64,000 bases of DNA from Heptranchias perlo. Lineage: Eukaryota. A model generated the notes under the pieces. That model did not search any database. It worked only from the letters and a program-made list of their open reading frames with translations, and was not told the origin of the DNA. The position numbers were made by a program, and so were the translations under genes. The DNA is taken from the NCBI RefSeq assembly GCF_035084215.1, contig NC_090360.1, positions 10,230,001-10,294,000 of the forward strand, written 5' to 3'. Below, piece by piece: positions 36,781-50,866 of the stretch (the stretch's first letter is position 1; each line of letters starts with the position of its first letter).

Positions 36781-39700
36781 CATCGTTCTACATCTTCCAT
36801 TGTATCCTGGCTTTAAAGAAGTTAGGAGATAAATATTCAATGCACAGGTTAAGGATCATATATTACTAATTTATGGTTATCATGGAAAAATAGTCAGTTG
36901 CCTTAATTTGATTCTGAAAATCAAATTCTGATTGCTGCTGTAATTCCCTAGATACCATGCAATAAAACAGACTTTCACATATTTTGTTTCATTAACAGAA
37001 CTTGTGTAATAAGACTGCCAAGTTGCGAATGAATGATTATTTGTGCTCAGTAGGACCTGGAACCACTAACATTTCAAACTCAGCCAGAGTGCCTTTGATT
37101 AGGTTTTCTAAGCCAGTCAATTTGTAGTTTCACAGATCCATTTTCATGTCAACACTGAGGGATGCAGTTTTGATACTCACATACAAAAGTACCTTTTTGA
37201 AGGATCTGAATGGTTCTTGTTTTTGACACTCGGCAGAGAACCACACACGGCTCTCTCAAAACACATTCACTCACTAGAAAAAGCTCAACTGTAAAGCCAG
37301 TGGATAATGCCTCTCAGTGTGCATTCATACTCCATCAATGGAATCGGAGGGAATGGCTCCCAGGTTTGGAGGTCCCATTCACACAGGCACCTCCAAAGCC
37401 CGATCTTCGCATGTTGGGATTTCTATGGTGGTGATATTGGGCTAGAAATTGCTGCCGCTGAGGATCTCATGGCCAACGATGTTAATTGGACTTTTAGCTC
37501 ACCACTGATATCGCACTATATTTGCGCCATAAATTGCTAGAACATTGATCCGATAACAGTGCAGCGATGTCGATGGCGTATCTGGGACCTCATGAACGTC
37601 ATGCCCAATGGCTTAGCTCCCTGAACAATGAAAGAAAAGTATAGAGAAAGAAACAGAATTAATGACAGCGATGGAAATAGGGTGAACTGGAGACAGGACG
37701 AGAAATAAAGAGGCAGAAAAAAGTTTTAAAAAATTAAAAGGATAAGCAGAAGAAGAGAACATTGTAACCCAGTTGTGTTTGGGAATTGTTGTAATGGTCC
37801 TTGAGAAGTTAACGAGTGAATGGCAGGGTGAGTGTATGAAATGTACAACTATTCTTAACCCATGAAGTATAGAACCAGCGTCCCCATCCATCATGATCAG
37901 AAGCAGAGGAACTGCTTTCATAGAAACATAGTTCTTTTATTCAATTCAGATTTTCTTATGTTCTTATAAAATATCTCACATCTGCTTTCACCTGATGAAT
38001 AGTTTTTTTAAAATGTAGTGATGTGGGTGCTAAAGTATTCAATAGTGCCCATTACTTTATAATTGTAATTCCCACAAATTACCCTCTGTGGAATTTTAAT
38101 GCTGAGTTATGAATGAATATTTTTTTGTTATTAATGACGTGCATGTCTTGAGTTTCATGAGACAAACACAATTCTCATTTATCCCTGACTGTAAAGTAAT
38201 AAGACCTTAATAGCATAATTTTTCAACCAAGATGAGGTAATGAAACTGTGCCAAAACATTTGTTTTTGCATTTGGTTTTGAGAAACAAGTCCCTGGGCTT
38301 TGCCCTACTTCCTTACACTGACTAACTTAGGCTGACATTGTGCCAGGGATAAAGGATTGCAAAGGTTTACTGCTACATTGTGTAATTAAATATCCCTGTT
38401 TAAACCTCAAGGAACCAGAGTATATTAACATTAATCCTTGAATATGGAAACAAAATGCCTTTTGTTATTTTCTATAACAATGTCTGTCTAAACCATGCAC
38501 ACCGGTAAATATACCAAAAGGGTAGACATAAATTGGAGGATCAGTATGTGGCACTTTAGTTTAACAATTTAAAAAAGAGTCAGAGGTCAACAATTTATAG
38601 CTATACTTTCAATTGCTCTGGGGTTTATATAAGTGTTTTGAATAATCTTTTCTAAATTCCATCAGAATGCCTGAACCACTTAGCATGGCATTTCTGTGGA
38701 CTTATGAATGTGTAAAATTAAATTCAACATTAAACCCTTTTCAGCTGAGATGCTTAAAATGGAAAAGTTAAAGTAAAACTCTGCCGAAAAGAGATGGTCA
38801 TTCAGTTTGTGCTGTGAAGGTTAATGAGCATTGTATTTTCTAGAGTTCACTTTAAAAAAAAATGTACAAAGATAGTTGAAAAGGAACTAAGAATATTTGA
38901 AAATAATGTTTACTTTGGTGGAATGCCTCATCCTCGTAACACCTATAATGTAAATGATTTTTTTTTAGCATTTTCTCCAACAACAGCGCAATCTTCAGCC
39001 TGGTTGGGACACCCATTCCAATTTGCACAAGTCAGCAGGCTCCATTTTCATTCCTGAGCGTGCTCAGTAAATTGTATCATTGCCATACTGTGTGGTGGCA
39101 TCCAACTGAGCCGCAAAGTTCAAGTCCACCATGGTCAGGGCTCCTGCGGCAGAGGAATCAAACAGGCAAATCCTCACCTAACATGTTGTAAGATTAGTGG
39201 AACATTTTTTGCACAGAATTCAGGCCACACCTACCACTGTTAAATGGAATGAATATTGCAGTGGTAAGATGATGCCAATACCAGAATATGGACACTTTTT
39301 TTAAAGCTTGAAGACCCTTGATCTCAATAAGATTTAGGATACTTTCTAGCAGATGCCATCAGTGATTGAAAGTGCAAGAAGGTAACCTGTTCTCAAGTTT
39401 GCTCTAATGCTGCTCTCATTGAAGAAAATATCAATTCAATATTTCAAGAAATGGGGAATCTGTGCTCAAATTAGCATCCTCAAGTCAAGTGATGTTTATA
39501 TTAATCTATAAATCTACTTAAAAATGTTATGTCTCTGCACTCTTCCTGTCAACAAACCCTTACTTCCTGTTGTCATGATGTCATCACACTTTTGTGTCAA
39601 CATTGTATAATAAATTCTTATGTCTGCATTTAAAATGGAGTCAGCCTATGTAAAGATCAGGCTGCAATTATGCTGTCCTGCCAATGGTGGTGCCTCAGGT

Positions 39701-40583
39701 TTTCATCCCCCAGCTCCTCAGACTGTACTGCAGAGAAACTCCTACGATCCAAACAACTGTGCTTCCCAAATTGTTGGACGTTTTGCTACTTAACTATGAG
39801 GAATCATTTAAAATCAAAGCATCAAAACGTGTGGCTTTAAAATGGGGACTGAATTATATCTGTGCACCCTGGTCCAATTATCCCCCGCACTCTAATCCCA
39901 CTTCACCTGAAGGTTACATTTGGTCTTGATTTCCTCTGTGCAATGTTATAAAAAATTGATCAGTGTTATATGAAAGCACAAGGAATAAGAGATCACATTT
40001 ATTCTGGCTGGAATTAGGAGTTTTGAAATATTGTTTAACGATAATACATTATGTTTTTAGTCTATTTCACTAATGTACTGTTAGGATTTCCTACACTTTT
40101 CAACAGATTGGATTTTAAAAATGGTGTTGATATACGGTTGTATTAGACATAAACACCACGTCCTCAGATGCAGAATTGAATCTATTTATGTTGCTGTCTT
40201 TACATTCTAATCGTGCATTGCTCCTCTTGTACAAACAAAACATTTTCAATAATTCTTCACCTTTTTATAGGACAGGTGAAATACAACACATCAAAGGGAC
40301 TGGAATACAAAGTGGAATATAGAACATCATTTATTTGTAACTAAGTGTACAGTGGAAATCACTGGAAATGTTTTGGGTTTAAGGCGGTTTGAAGCCAAAA
40401 GCTGTACATGCATATTCAGGTGTTGTGATAAACTACCAGCACATTCATTCTAATCTCTTGGTTTGTACAGGATAGGATATGCTTCCAGTGTGGAAACAAC
40501 TTAGTATACAGGTTAAGTCGATAGTTTCACTCTGCACTTCAGTTCTTGTTCCAATGATTGATCCGTAAACAGCTGTATTTTAT

Positions 40584-40727
40584 TTATTTAACTTTCCCAT
40601 GTGTTTCAATGGGTTCCATTTTTTGTCCGGTTAGGAAGGACCAGATTCCTCCCCTGTAATTCTGATTCCCCAGGGCATAGACAAAGGCATTGGCTATGGG
40701 GGAGGTCTTTGCAAGAATGGCAGGAAG
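40584..40727 (-). CDS. RGR: RGR opsin exon 7 (terminal; retinal-binding Lys255)
   Basis: LPAILAKTSPIANAFVYALGNQNYRGGIWSFLTGQKMEPIETHGKVK*; ttgcag acceptor. Confidence 0.93.
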   Translation of the reverse strand, partial: LPAILAKTSPIANAFVYALGNQNYRGGIWSFLTGQKMEPIETHGKVK

Positions 40728-41100
40728 CTGCAAATATAAAAGTAAATGAAAACTGAATTATAGTGACATTAGTTTTGCAAATTCATTAAACTAAGTAATA
40801 GAAACAGCAAATATCTAGAGACGCCATGTGAATCAATAATCACATGTGTACCCCCCCCCCCAAACCCAAACCCAAAGTATGTTCCAGTTTCCTTGTCAAT
40901 TTTACTACATCTCGCAACAAAAGACCAACATATAAATTTTTCTGGTCGCTGTAATTACTACAATATTTCAAAAATAAACTCAATGAAAGAAATTGCCCTG
41001 GTATATTCTCAGATAAGTTAGTACAATTTGAGTAATGTGACGTATTCTGACGTGTACACCCCTCACCCTTCTTCAAATAACACTAGCTATTGTCACTTAC

Positions 41101-41214
41101 CATTCTCAGTTTTGGAGATAAGACGGTAACATTTTCTATGACTGCGTACATGCACAACAGACTGTAAGGTCCCCAGCAGATCATTAGGGTTTTAACAGGC
41201 AGTCCTGCATTAAA
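41101..41214 (-). CDS. RGR: RGR opsin exon 6 (114 bp)
   Basis: FNAGLPVKTLMICWGPYSLLCMYAVIENVTVLSPKLRM; cag/gtaagt. Confidence 0.93.
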
Positions 41215-43640
41215 CTGACCAGAAACAAAATAATTGAGTTATAATGGTTCAAGTCATGCAATGATTGTATCACCACAAAACTACAGTCGTCATTTTACTT
41301 GCTAAATCAGCTGGTCCCACTGGAAGTATTGCCCATTCTGTGTCTATGATATTCCCCACCCTCCCTTTGCCATCTGCCTCTTCATATATCAGATACCCCA
41401 GTTGAACCCTGTGAAATCCCCACCCTAACCCACTGTCTTTGTCTTACCCCACAGCATTTTTCTACCAGTTTTATCCTTTTTCCCCCTCCTCATTTATAGT
41501 ATTGATTCCTGGCTGGATTATGGTTCCGTGAGTGTTAGTTCCTCTCCCGATCAATTCACTGAGCTATTGAAAGAGCTTCCTAAAACCTGTCCTAGAGGTC
41601 CCCTATGGGTTCAGCTCATTTATCTTGTGAGTAGCTGAGCCGTACAGACCAGGGGGGTTCCAGGTCGCATCTGTATTCAGTTGGTTGACCTCAGAAAGGG
41701 CAGCAGCAGGGATCTAACAATTGGCTTCAGCCATCCCTGGGCTAGGAAGAGCAAAGTAGACCAGGTTCCCACTTCTGATCATTATCCAGTGGTCCCTGTT
41801 GGAACTGGCCATCTGTGCATGTTAAATGATGGCAGGATGATGATTGGCCTTATCTGAAATGCCCTCTCACAACTGGACAATAATCAGAAGTGAGTTGTTT
41901 TTTTTTGGCTGCTTTTTAAAAAATTTTCCTTCTTCAGCTTGGGGACAAAGAGGCAAATTGCAGTGCCCCTATCTTGCACAACTGAGATCAGCTAACAAGA
42001 CACAGACCAGAAATTAAACTACAGACTTTCCTGGTCTGTATCATTCACTAATGCTCTGGTAGTGGATTTACCCACTCAGCCATGAGACCTATCATTGTTG
42101 CTGCCAGGTAGTTTCCATATTGTTCTTGCAGTGACAAAGGGAGTGTGAAATTGGATGGGCTATTCTGCATTCTCGGGACCAGTGAAAGAAAATTTTCCAT
42201 AGAATAGTAGAAATCACAGAACAGATGGAAGCTGTTCCTTGTTCTTTCTATGTATCCTCTTATATTCTTCCTTTACAAATATTAATCCAATTGCCTTTTA
42301 ATGTTGCAATCAGCCTCAGTAGCCACATGTAAGGTATTTTTCTGTTCCAGGAACTCTCCATGAAACAAATTTCTTCTAAGTTATTTTTTTCTTCTTCCTG
42401 AGTTTATGCTCCCTTGTTACCAATTCGCCAACTAGTTGAAGCAAATTTTCATGATTAACCTTTTTTTTGAATATCTCTTAGTCCTCTATATATCCTGCCA
42501 GTAAAAAAAAGTGCCATAATCTTTAAGCCTTTCTTCATAACCATACTTCTCATTCCTGCTATCATTCTGATGAATCTTCACGATACCCTTTTTTAAGGAA
42601 AATGCCCAGTCAATTGCTCAAAATGGAATTTTGGCTTGAAAACTGCCCACTCAAGATGGAGTCAGTGGTTGAACTGAATGCTGGGAAGTGGGTGGAAAGC
42701 AGACTAATTCAAACCAGCAAATCATAAGTTTTTTTTAGCTAACACAAGTTTTCTCAGCTAATCAGGCCATAAAGATTCTAAGTTAATTACACCATGAAAG
42801 CTCGTGTATACAAATAGATACTCCTTACTGATGTCAGAAAGCCATTTTGAAAAATCAGACCCCAGGGAAATACTTAGTGAAACATCAAATTGTCAAAATC
42901 GGGTAGAATGCCTTGATGCCTAAGCTGGGAACAAGAACAAGACACACAGTTTTAAAATCCTCGAGAATCAATGCTTCGCCAATTAAAAGATATCCCCGGG
43001 ACTCTGGGATGTTTCTCCAAGACGTTTTGACATCGAGTGGAACCCTTCCTTTTTGACATGTCACTCAGATTGCAGATGAAAGAGTTTCGCTTTAAAATGA
43101 AGGTATTAAAAATAGAGGGCTTGGCACCTCTCCAGTCAACAGTAGCAGACCTTGTTAGATTCTCTTAGATTCTAGACAGTCTCTCTTTGTCTCTTGGAGA
43201 AATAGTAACAGAAGTAGACTATTTCTTTTGTCTTTCTTAGACTCTCTTAGCTCCTCTTTGTTAATTTGTTTTCTCCAGTCTCCTTCTGTATGTAAATTTT
43301 GCCTACCAGATGTAAAAAGGGTACTTTTACAAGTTTAATGTCCTTCTTATAATGGATCTCTGAGTGCACACAATGGGGGATAAAATTCGATAAGGGCCGT
43401 TTTTGGGCGAGGGTAGCATGATCCGCTAGTACCCCACGCCCGATGGCCCCTACGCCATGCTGCCTGCTACTTACCATGGTATCTCCATGCAGCCAGCGCT
43501 ACCTGCTGAGAGGCTGCACGGAGAATGAGGAAGTTGGAAATGGGGCGTGCACAGCGCACGTTATCAGCAGCCTGCACCTCTTAAAGGTCCAGGTGCACAT
43601 TTCAAATGGCAGGTACACAGCTTAATAGGAGAAGGGAAAA

Positions 43641-45438
43641 ATGGCCACGAGGATAGCAGGACCGGCTCGAGTGAGGGCTCCACGTTTCTCCGATGATGCA
43701 CTGGAGGCCCTGGTGGAAGGGGTGGACGAAAGGAGGGCCAGCATGTACCCGCAGGGTGGCATGAAACCCTCCAGACTGCAGCTCCGCAGGCTGTGGCACA
43801 AGAAATTAATGCCAGGAGAATTTTACCACGCACGTGGATGCAGTGCCGATAGAAGTTCAATGATCTGACGCGAGTGGTCAAGGTAAGCGAATGCAAGTGC
43901 ACATCCTACCCACTGCTCCACGCATCACACTCCCCATCACCCACCCACCAACAAACGCTGCCCATCCATCTGCAATGCTGCACTCGGCATGCTGCATCTC
44001 ATCCGCACACTTGCAGGCTACACAACCACCACTCATAGGTCACACAAATTGGCAGCTATTCGACCACGACAGGCACATCACCCACACACCTTGCAAGATA
44101 CTCACTGACACACCGTCCTCTGTCTTGCAGGAGAAGGTAGCGCGTAACAGCCGGCAGCAGGAGAGACGTGAGGGTGGACGGGGACGCTTACACATCCTCA
44201 CCCCCCCCCCCAAGAGGAGACTGTGCTTCAGATCATTGGGCGGGCCATCGCTGCAGCCGTGACAACATGCCGCGCTGGAGGTCCCGATGAAGGGGGTCTC
44301 TGCATATCTAATGCTCCTTCTCCTTTTCCCAGATCTCCCTCCTCCCGTAATCTTTTCTGACTCACGTGCTGCAGATGCTGTCAGCACGCACGTCTTACCT
44401 GCTCCTCTCCCCACTCCACAGCTCAACCTGTTTCCCTTTGTCATTGCAGATATCCAAGAACACGTGGCAGCACCGAGGAGCAGGAGGAGGGGGACACTGA
44501 AGCCGAACCGTCACTCGATCTGACACTTGCTTCCACCAGCTCAGAGACTGACACTGGGTGTCCTTTAGAGGCTAGGTTAGAGGAGGGATCTGCACGTGGT
44601 GAGACACCGAGCACAAGTGCGCAGGAGCCGGGGTGGGGGGGGGAACGAATACCACAGGTGCCAGCTCACCAGAGGGTGAGGTCGCTCACTAGTTCTGCTG
44701 CAGAGGAGTCAGATGAGGACTTCAATGGGCCGGGTTACAGAAGACGGCTGATGGGCCTACACCACCAAATGCTTGGGGCACTGGAAAGCCTGCCAGAAAA
44801 CCTGCGCACAATGAGAAGGGGCATGGAGGAGTCCAGCTTCAACTTGGCACAGGGCTTTGTGCAGAGCTTGGAGCCCATCCATTTCAACATGGGTGGTCAC
44901 CTCCATCAGCGCACCTGTGGAACCCACCAGGATGCAGCGTCTGATGACTGATGTCACAGCTTCCACTGCAGCACAAACATTTGCCATCCAAGGTCTGACT
45001 GCTGCCTTGGAAGCTCAGACCACTGTGGAAAGGAGCTTCCAGGATATCACAGCACTCCAGCAATCCATTCTCCAGCTGATCACCAGGATTGCTGAGGTGC
45101 CGCCCTGGGAGAGTGGCAGTGGTGCCATGGCAGTTGGACCTGCTGTCCTCTCTCAGGACGATAGCCTTCCTGCTCCCACCCCTACCACTCCACCAGTGCC
45201 CCTGTTGTTGCCTACTGGCCAGTCAGGCCAGACTGCTGCAGCCTATGCTGAGATGGTGCAGTCTGAAGCTGAGCTGTCCCGGCCCAGAGCTGCTCGAGGT
45301 CGTCCTCCAAGGCCATCTGCATGCTCCTCCATTGAAGGCCAGCAACCTCCCACCACCCATGCTCCAGCCACTGGGGAAGCACCTCGTGGGAGCACTAAGA
45401 TAGGTAAAGGCACTAAGGAAATGCACAAGGGTGAATAG
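43641..45438 (+). pseudogene. Harbinger Myb/SANT-like DNA-binding gene (spliced, frameshifted)
   Basis: RAPRFSDDALEALVEGV..W..RTWMQC.KKFNDL-like motif; donor aag|gtaagc at 43882; acceptors ttgcag at 44130 and 44449; AATAAA near 45473. Confidence 0.75.
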
Positions 45439-45639
45439 TTCTGTTATGTTTGCATAATTTCATTTATTCATTAATAAATGCGACTTTGATTTTGCATTTG
45501 GTGGTGGTTTTTATTTATGCAATGATCGGAGAGGGAAACCAATGTGCAATCAGATGGAGGGTGATTTGATTGCCTTGTGGGAGCGGAAAGGTGGGGAGTG
45601 TAGGACTGTTGGTGAGTTGGGGAATGTAATTCACATTAT

Positions 45640-46775
45640 TGATAGCGGGTACGGATCAGGCGAGCATGCAGAGCCCTTGGAGACGAGGCGTGTGGTCCAG
45701 TTGCACCCTTGCTTCTTCCTCCACTTTCTCTTCCACCTCCGCCACCTCTGGCTCAGGGTCTTCTCCAATCATTGGCAGCAAAGGCTGGTCCGTCATGATG
45801 GTGAGGTTGTGCAGCAGACCACCACGAATCTGCCCACCTGCTCAGGGGAGTACAGCAGGACTCCTCCAGACCAGACCAGGCAGTAGAAGCATTGTTTGAG
45901 GAGGCCTATGATGTGCTCCACGATGTTGCATGTGGTAGCATGGCTCTCATTTAAAGGCCTGCTGTGCACGTGTACGTGGGTTGCTGACCAGTGTCATGAG
46001 CCACTGGGTGAGGGGATAGCCCTTGTCGTCCAGTAGCCAGCCTTTGAGTCAGGTGAAAGACAGCTGGCACGTTGGACTGCCGCATGACGAAGGTGTCGTG
46101 ACTGCTTCCAGGGTAGCGGGCATTGACCTCCATGATTCGATGCATGTGGTCGCACACCAGCTGCATGTTGAGGGAGTGGAAGCCCTTTCGGTTGACAAAG
46201 ACGGCTGAGTTGATATGCGGGACACGCAGGGCAATTTGCGTGCTGTCAATGGAACCGTGCACCATGGGGAAGCCAGCAATGCGAGAGAACCCCTGGGCTC
46301 GCTTGTTCTGCTCCTCTCTATGGCGAGGGAAGGTGATGAGCCTGCTCCTCATCTGGTACAGTGCGTCTGTGACCTCCCTTATGTAGCAGTGCACTGCATA
46401 CTGCGAGATGTTGCACATGTCGCCAGCAGAGGCCTGAAATGCTCCTGAGCCGTAGAAATTCAGCACCACTGTGACCTTCACAGCCACAGGCAGTGCTGTC
46501 TCTGCCCTGCTCGGAGGCTGCAGTTGTGGCCGCACCAGTCGACAGATCTCGGTCACAGCTTCCTTGGTGAAACTCGGGCGTCGGATGCAATCCTCCTCCG
46601 TCATGTTGAGATAAGAGAATTGGTCCTGAAAAGCCCTCGTTGGGTAGGGCCTCCTGCTCAGTGCCCTGTGCCTCCTCGTCCTCTGTCTCCTCGCAGCTTG
46701 ACCTGCTATACGTGGCCTCTCTGCATGCTCCCAGTCATGCTCAATGCCCAGCGGGAGCTCTAGCAGACCGCCCAT
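45640..46775 (-). pseudogene. Harbinger transposase (HARBI1-like DDE nuclease), frameshifted
   Basis: GFPMVHGSIDSTQI, NRKGFHSLNMQLVCD, YPGSSHD, then after a frameshift near 46050 GWLLDDKGYP..FNESH..VEHIIGLLKQCF. Confidence 0.88.
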
Positions 46776-47289
46776 GGTTGCCAGGAATGTTGTTCAACCA
46801 CGGTTGTAACTTTCCGAACTGTAAGGCAGTACCTGCCAAACCGCTCTCAAATGTACTCTAGGGACTTTCAGTAAGAATAGGGAGCTTCAAAAAACACTTC
46901 CTATTCCACTTGCAGCCAGAAGCAATAATCCAGCAACTAACCTGCAACACCTGCATGGCCCCTTTAAATAGCGCTGGTGGCGGGGGGGGGGGGGTCCTTC
47001 AGGCGCTGTAAGACACGTTCAGATGGTCGGGGTTAAGACTGCATGGAGTTGAGCGGTAAGGTCCAAAATTGTGTCTGTCACTTTAAATCAGCGTTGCACA
47101 CTGCATGCACTTTCTTCCTACTTTACATGCGCATGTGCTAACTCCTATAACAAGATGGCATCGGGCGCACATCATGCTGGAAATGTGCGTGCGCATCCAA
47201 GACGCCATCTTGGATGGTCAGAGGCCATGTCGCGCCGAAAAACGGGCATTACATGGTCCAATTTAGTGCCCATTATTCCAACTATGGCC

Positions 47290-47700
47290 TAACCAACGTA
47301 CAAATTTAACATCACTGCCTTGCTTTTGTATTCAGTGGCTCGATATTGAATCCCCTTTGGCTTGTTTATGGTCATCACTATCTGTATTCCCACATTTTAA
47401 GATTTATGAATCTGCACCCATAGATCTTTCTGTTCCTCTACTCTTGATGTAGTTGATTTCCCAATCTTTTTTGCCAAACATATTATTTCACATTTCTCTG
47501 CAGTGAGACATCTGTCACCTATCTGTCCACGCTATGAACCTGTCTAAATACTCCTTCAGTCTTCTGTATTCTTTCTCAGTTTGCCATGCCTCATAATTTA
47601 GTATCATCGGCAAACTTCAATATCATTCATTTTATGTCTGTGTCCAAATCATTTATATAACTGGAAACCAAAAGGTCCCAGAACAGATCCCTAGGATGGG
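47290..47700 (-). mobile_element. Old CR1 LINE fragment
   Basis: Reverse complement reads GSVLGPF..YINDLD..KFADDTKL. Confidence 0.65.
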
Positions 47701-47988
47701 ATACTACCCAGCCCACCAATCTGAAAAAAAAATCCAATTATGTTTCATCAGCAATCAAGAAGTGGAGATAACCTCACCCCTGCCCTGCTTATGGGACCTT
47801 GAAAACACTAGCCAAAAACATCACTTCATTTCAGTCCGATAGAATTGAGTTTTATAATGAAAGCATGCAAAGTAAAATCATGGAGCAGACAAGAAAAACT
47901 TTTAAACTGAGAATGTGTTTTACGACAATGAAAAACTCTAAGGATTTTCTGCTGCATTCTTAATGAGATTACTTAACTTATTTTTTAC

Positions 47989-48106
47989 CTTGACTTGTCC
48001 AGTTTTCTTGAATTTATTCGCACAAGATTGGTAAGATGTTAGCAAGATGAATAGTGGAATGACAAATTCAAAAAATGCCACTGAAATGAAGTATGAGACA
48101 AAATTT
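47989..48106 (-). CDS. RGR: RGR opsin exon 5 (118 bp)
   Basis: NFVSYFISVAFFEFVIPLFILLTSYQSCANKFKKTGQVK; ccag/gtaaaa. Confidence 0.93.
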
Positions 48107-48639
48107 CTGGTAAAAATAAATAAAAGTGAAGACAATATTATACATTAGACTCCAATTCATGTTTTGCAAAGCAGAATGATCTTAACAGTTTTCCAAATCT
48201 GCAGTTTGCATTATTCAAGCAGTGGGCTTGTTTGTGAACTTTGACCTGATGCTGCCAATGTGAGCTCAAGAACATGATTCTTCGAGGTATTCTTAAGATC
48301 ACATTGAAGACATCTGCTTAGAATTCAGTGCTCCAAAAGAACAGGAGTCTCTTTAAATTGAATGGATCAAAAGGTGCATTGTACTGCTACTTCAGCTTCA
48401 GTGTGAAGCAGTTTCCACTTTGCACTGGCATTAAACTGGCAATGTAAATCTGGAGTTAGACCTGACTTAGAGTGGTAGTCTCACTCTGCTTCAGTTTGAT
48501 ACTGCATGGACTCTAAATCCAGTGTGGTGTCAAACCAGGTTTGTAAAGTTCTCATGGAGTCCATTGGACCCCCTGGACACTTAGTTCGTCTACCTGACTT
48601 TTGAGAGCAGTGATTCTCCCCTTCCTGCTCTCTGAAGAT

Positions 48640-49180
48640 TAAAATGTTTAACTGTTGCAAGAGTGCTCCTTTACACTACTACAACTTGCATTGATCAAGT
48701 GCCTTTACTGCAGAAAAAGATTCTAAGGGGCTTCACAGATGTGTGATGAAAAATGAAAGTCAAACCAAAGAAGGAAAGATTAGGCGAGGTGAACAAAAGC
48801 CTGGTCAAATAGATGATATGTAAGGAGGGTCTTAAAGGAGGAAACAGAGATAGAGAAATAGAGGGGCTTAGGGAGGGAGGGAGGGAATTCCACTCTGTGG
48901 ACCAAAGGGGCTGAAGGCACGGCTGGCAATGGTGGGGCAGAGGGCGGAGGGAGTAATGCACAAGAGGCCAGAGTCCGAGGGATGGAGAGTTTGGGGGAAG
49001 TTGTAGGGCTAGAGGAGACTGCAGATAGGATGAGGGGAGGCCATGGAGGGATTTAAAGATGAGGACAAGTATTTTAAATTTAAGGCATTGGGAGACTGGG
49101 AGCCAATGCTGGTGAGTGAGACAGGGTTGATGGGTGATTGGGACTTAGTGTGGGACACGATACTTGCAGCAGAGTTTTAA
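48640..49180 (-). mobile_element. L2 LINE 3' fragment
   Basis: Similar to 28120-29050 and 55400-55800 (WNSLP, acaacttgcatt tail). Confidence 0.7.
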
Positions 49181-50269
49181 ATGGAATAGATAAGGTAAAT
49201 GCAGATCATTACTTCAAAGAACACTAAGAAAGTAGGACCAGGGCACATAAATGGAAATGAGTGAAAAATAAATTTAGAACAGATATCGGGACAACCTTCT
49301 TTAGTCAAAGTACAATTGGATGCCACGATGGGAGAATTAGTGTACTGAACAGATAACCTTTTGATGGGCTGAATTGCCTTGATTCACACCTGATTTTTAT
49401 GTTCTTATGAAAAATGGATGATCACACAGAGACTCTCCGAACATTCGTAATATCCAAACACATTACGGATTGATAGAGCCTGCATTCAGATAAACTTCAC
49501 TGAACTACACAGGACAATGAATTAACAAACAATGGGAAGTTACTCCCCTGAAAAGCATGAAAAGTAGAGCAGTGAGGCCATCTAATTTACATATTTAGAC
49601 CGTGCTCCCGGCCCATAGCACGTGAAATATCGAGGTTATGACAGCAGGTTGGAGGGGCACCAGCAGCTGTTAAAGGGCTGTTGGCTGCCTTTAAAGCCAC
49701 GCCTTTTCTGTTTAAATGGCTTTTGTTAAAAAAGTTTGATTCAGTGATCGGGCATTGGAGACCATGATGCAGGAGGTCCTGCCACGAAACGTGGGGATAT
49801 GTTTTGAGAAAAAGGTCACCGACAAACCGATCTTGCAATTTTTCTTTTAAACCTTATCTCCCCGAAGCATCCATTTCAAATGGATTCTGAGCATCTGGAA
49901 TGCCAATGGGGTTTTCCTGAAATGTTCATGAAATTTGGGATCTTAATGAGCCTCTTACATTCTGGGTAGCGTTGCTAAGTATGGTACGCATTGGGGAAAG
50001 AGTAAGCCTTAGGCTTCCTCGCCCAATAATATGGGGCTCTGGTGCTCGAAGTGCAATGGGTACGTCAGGCACCTCTGATTGCATTACTGGTCCTACAGGT
50101 TATGCTGATGAGAAACTCAAACCACTTCAAATTGACACAAATTATGTAGTATAATGGAACAGAGGACTCTAGTGGTGAAGTATTAATGGTTTCAGTCTCT
50201 GATCCTGTTTTATAGTACTGTAAATCTCTAGAGCGATGTTGAAGCTGTTAATATTGCAGAGTACCACAC

Positions 50270-50680
50270 TTCCGAGGGTCTGGTAGTGGTTATGTTACTG
50301 GAACTAGTAATCCAGAGGCCTGGATTAATAATCCAGAGAACATGAGTTCAGATCCCACCATGGCTGTCCGACACTTTGAATTCAGTTCAAAAAATCTGGA
50401 AATTAAATGCTGTTACCAGCAAAAGTGACCATGAAGCTGTTGGATTGTCATAAAAAACCCAACTGGTTCACTAATGTCCTTTAAGGAAGGAAACCTGCCG
50501 TCCTTACCTGGTCTGGCCTATATGTGGCTCCAGTTCCATGGTTGACTCTTAACTGCTCTCTGAAGTGGCTTAGCAAGCCACTCAGTCGTATCAAACTGCT
50601 ACAAAGAAGGAGGTCCACCACCTTCTCAGGGCAACTAGGGATTGGCAATAAATGCCGGCCTTGCCAGCGGCGCCCACATG
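50270..50680 (+). mobile_element. tRNA-derived SINE carrying the 3' tail of the 1716/20705 LINE family
   Basis: Pol III A/B-box-like head (tagtggtta..gagttcagatccc); ends gggcaactagggattggcaataaatgccggccttgccagcg like the LINE tail at 2330-2380. Confidence 0.75.
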
Positions 50681-50712
50681 AATTACATTTTTTTTTAAAG
50701 TCATATACACAC

Positions 50713-50866
50713 CTGTCACCTTTAGAGTAGTCCAAAGTACAGCACGTTCTCAATGGTTCGTAGTCATATTCACCCCAACCCAACAATGGCATAGCAGACC
50801 AGAATCCAGCAAACGCCCAGATAAATAATATAGCAATTATTGCACTGCTCCACTGTAATCTTGATC
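50713..50866 (-). CDS. RGR: RGR opsin exon 4 (154 bp)
   Basis: SRLQWSSAIIAILFIWAFAGFWSAMPLLGWGEYDYEPLRTCCTLDYSKGDR; tag/gtgtgt. Confidence 0.95.

Larger units (their letters stand above)
43375..47271. mobile_element. PIF/Harbinger DNA transposon, full-length but decayed, in RGR intron 5
   Basis: Imperfect TIRs (gggggataaaattcga..gccgtttttgggcg / cgccgaaaaacgggc..ccaatttagtgccc) enclose convergent Myb/SANT and HARBI1-like genes. Confidence 0.88.

Noticed and set aside
45640-46775. Domesticated host HARBI1 gene
   Set aside because: Frameshifted, flanked by TIRs and paired with a Myb/SANT gene, so it is a transposon copy.
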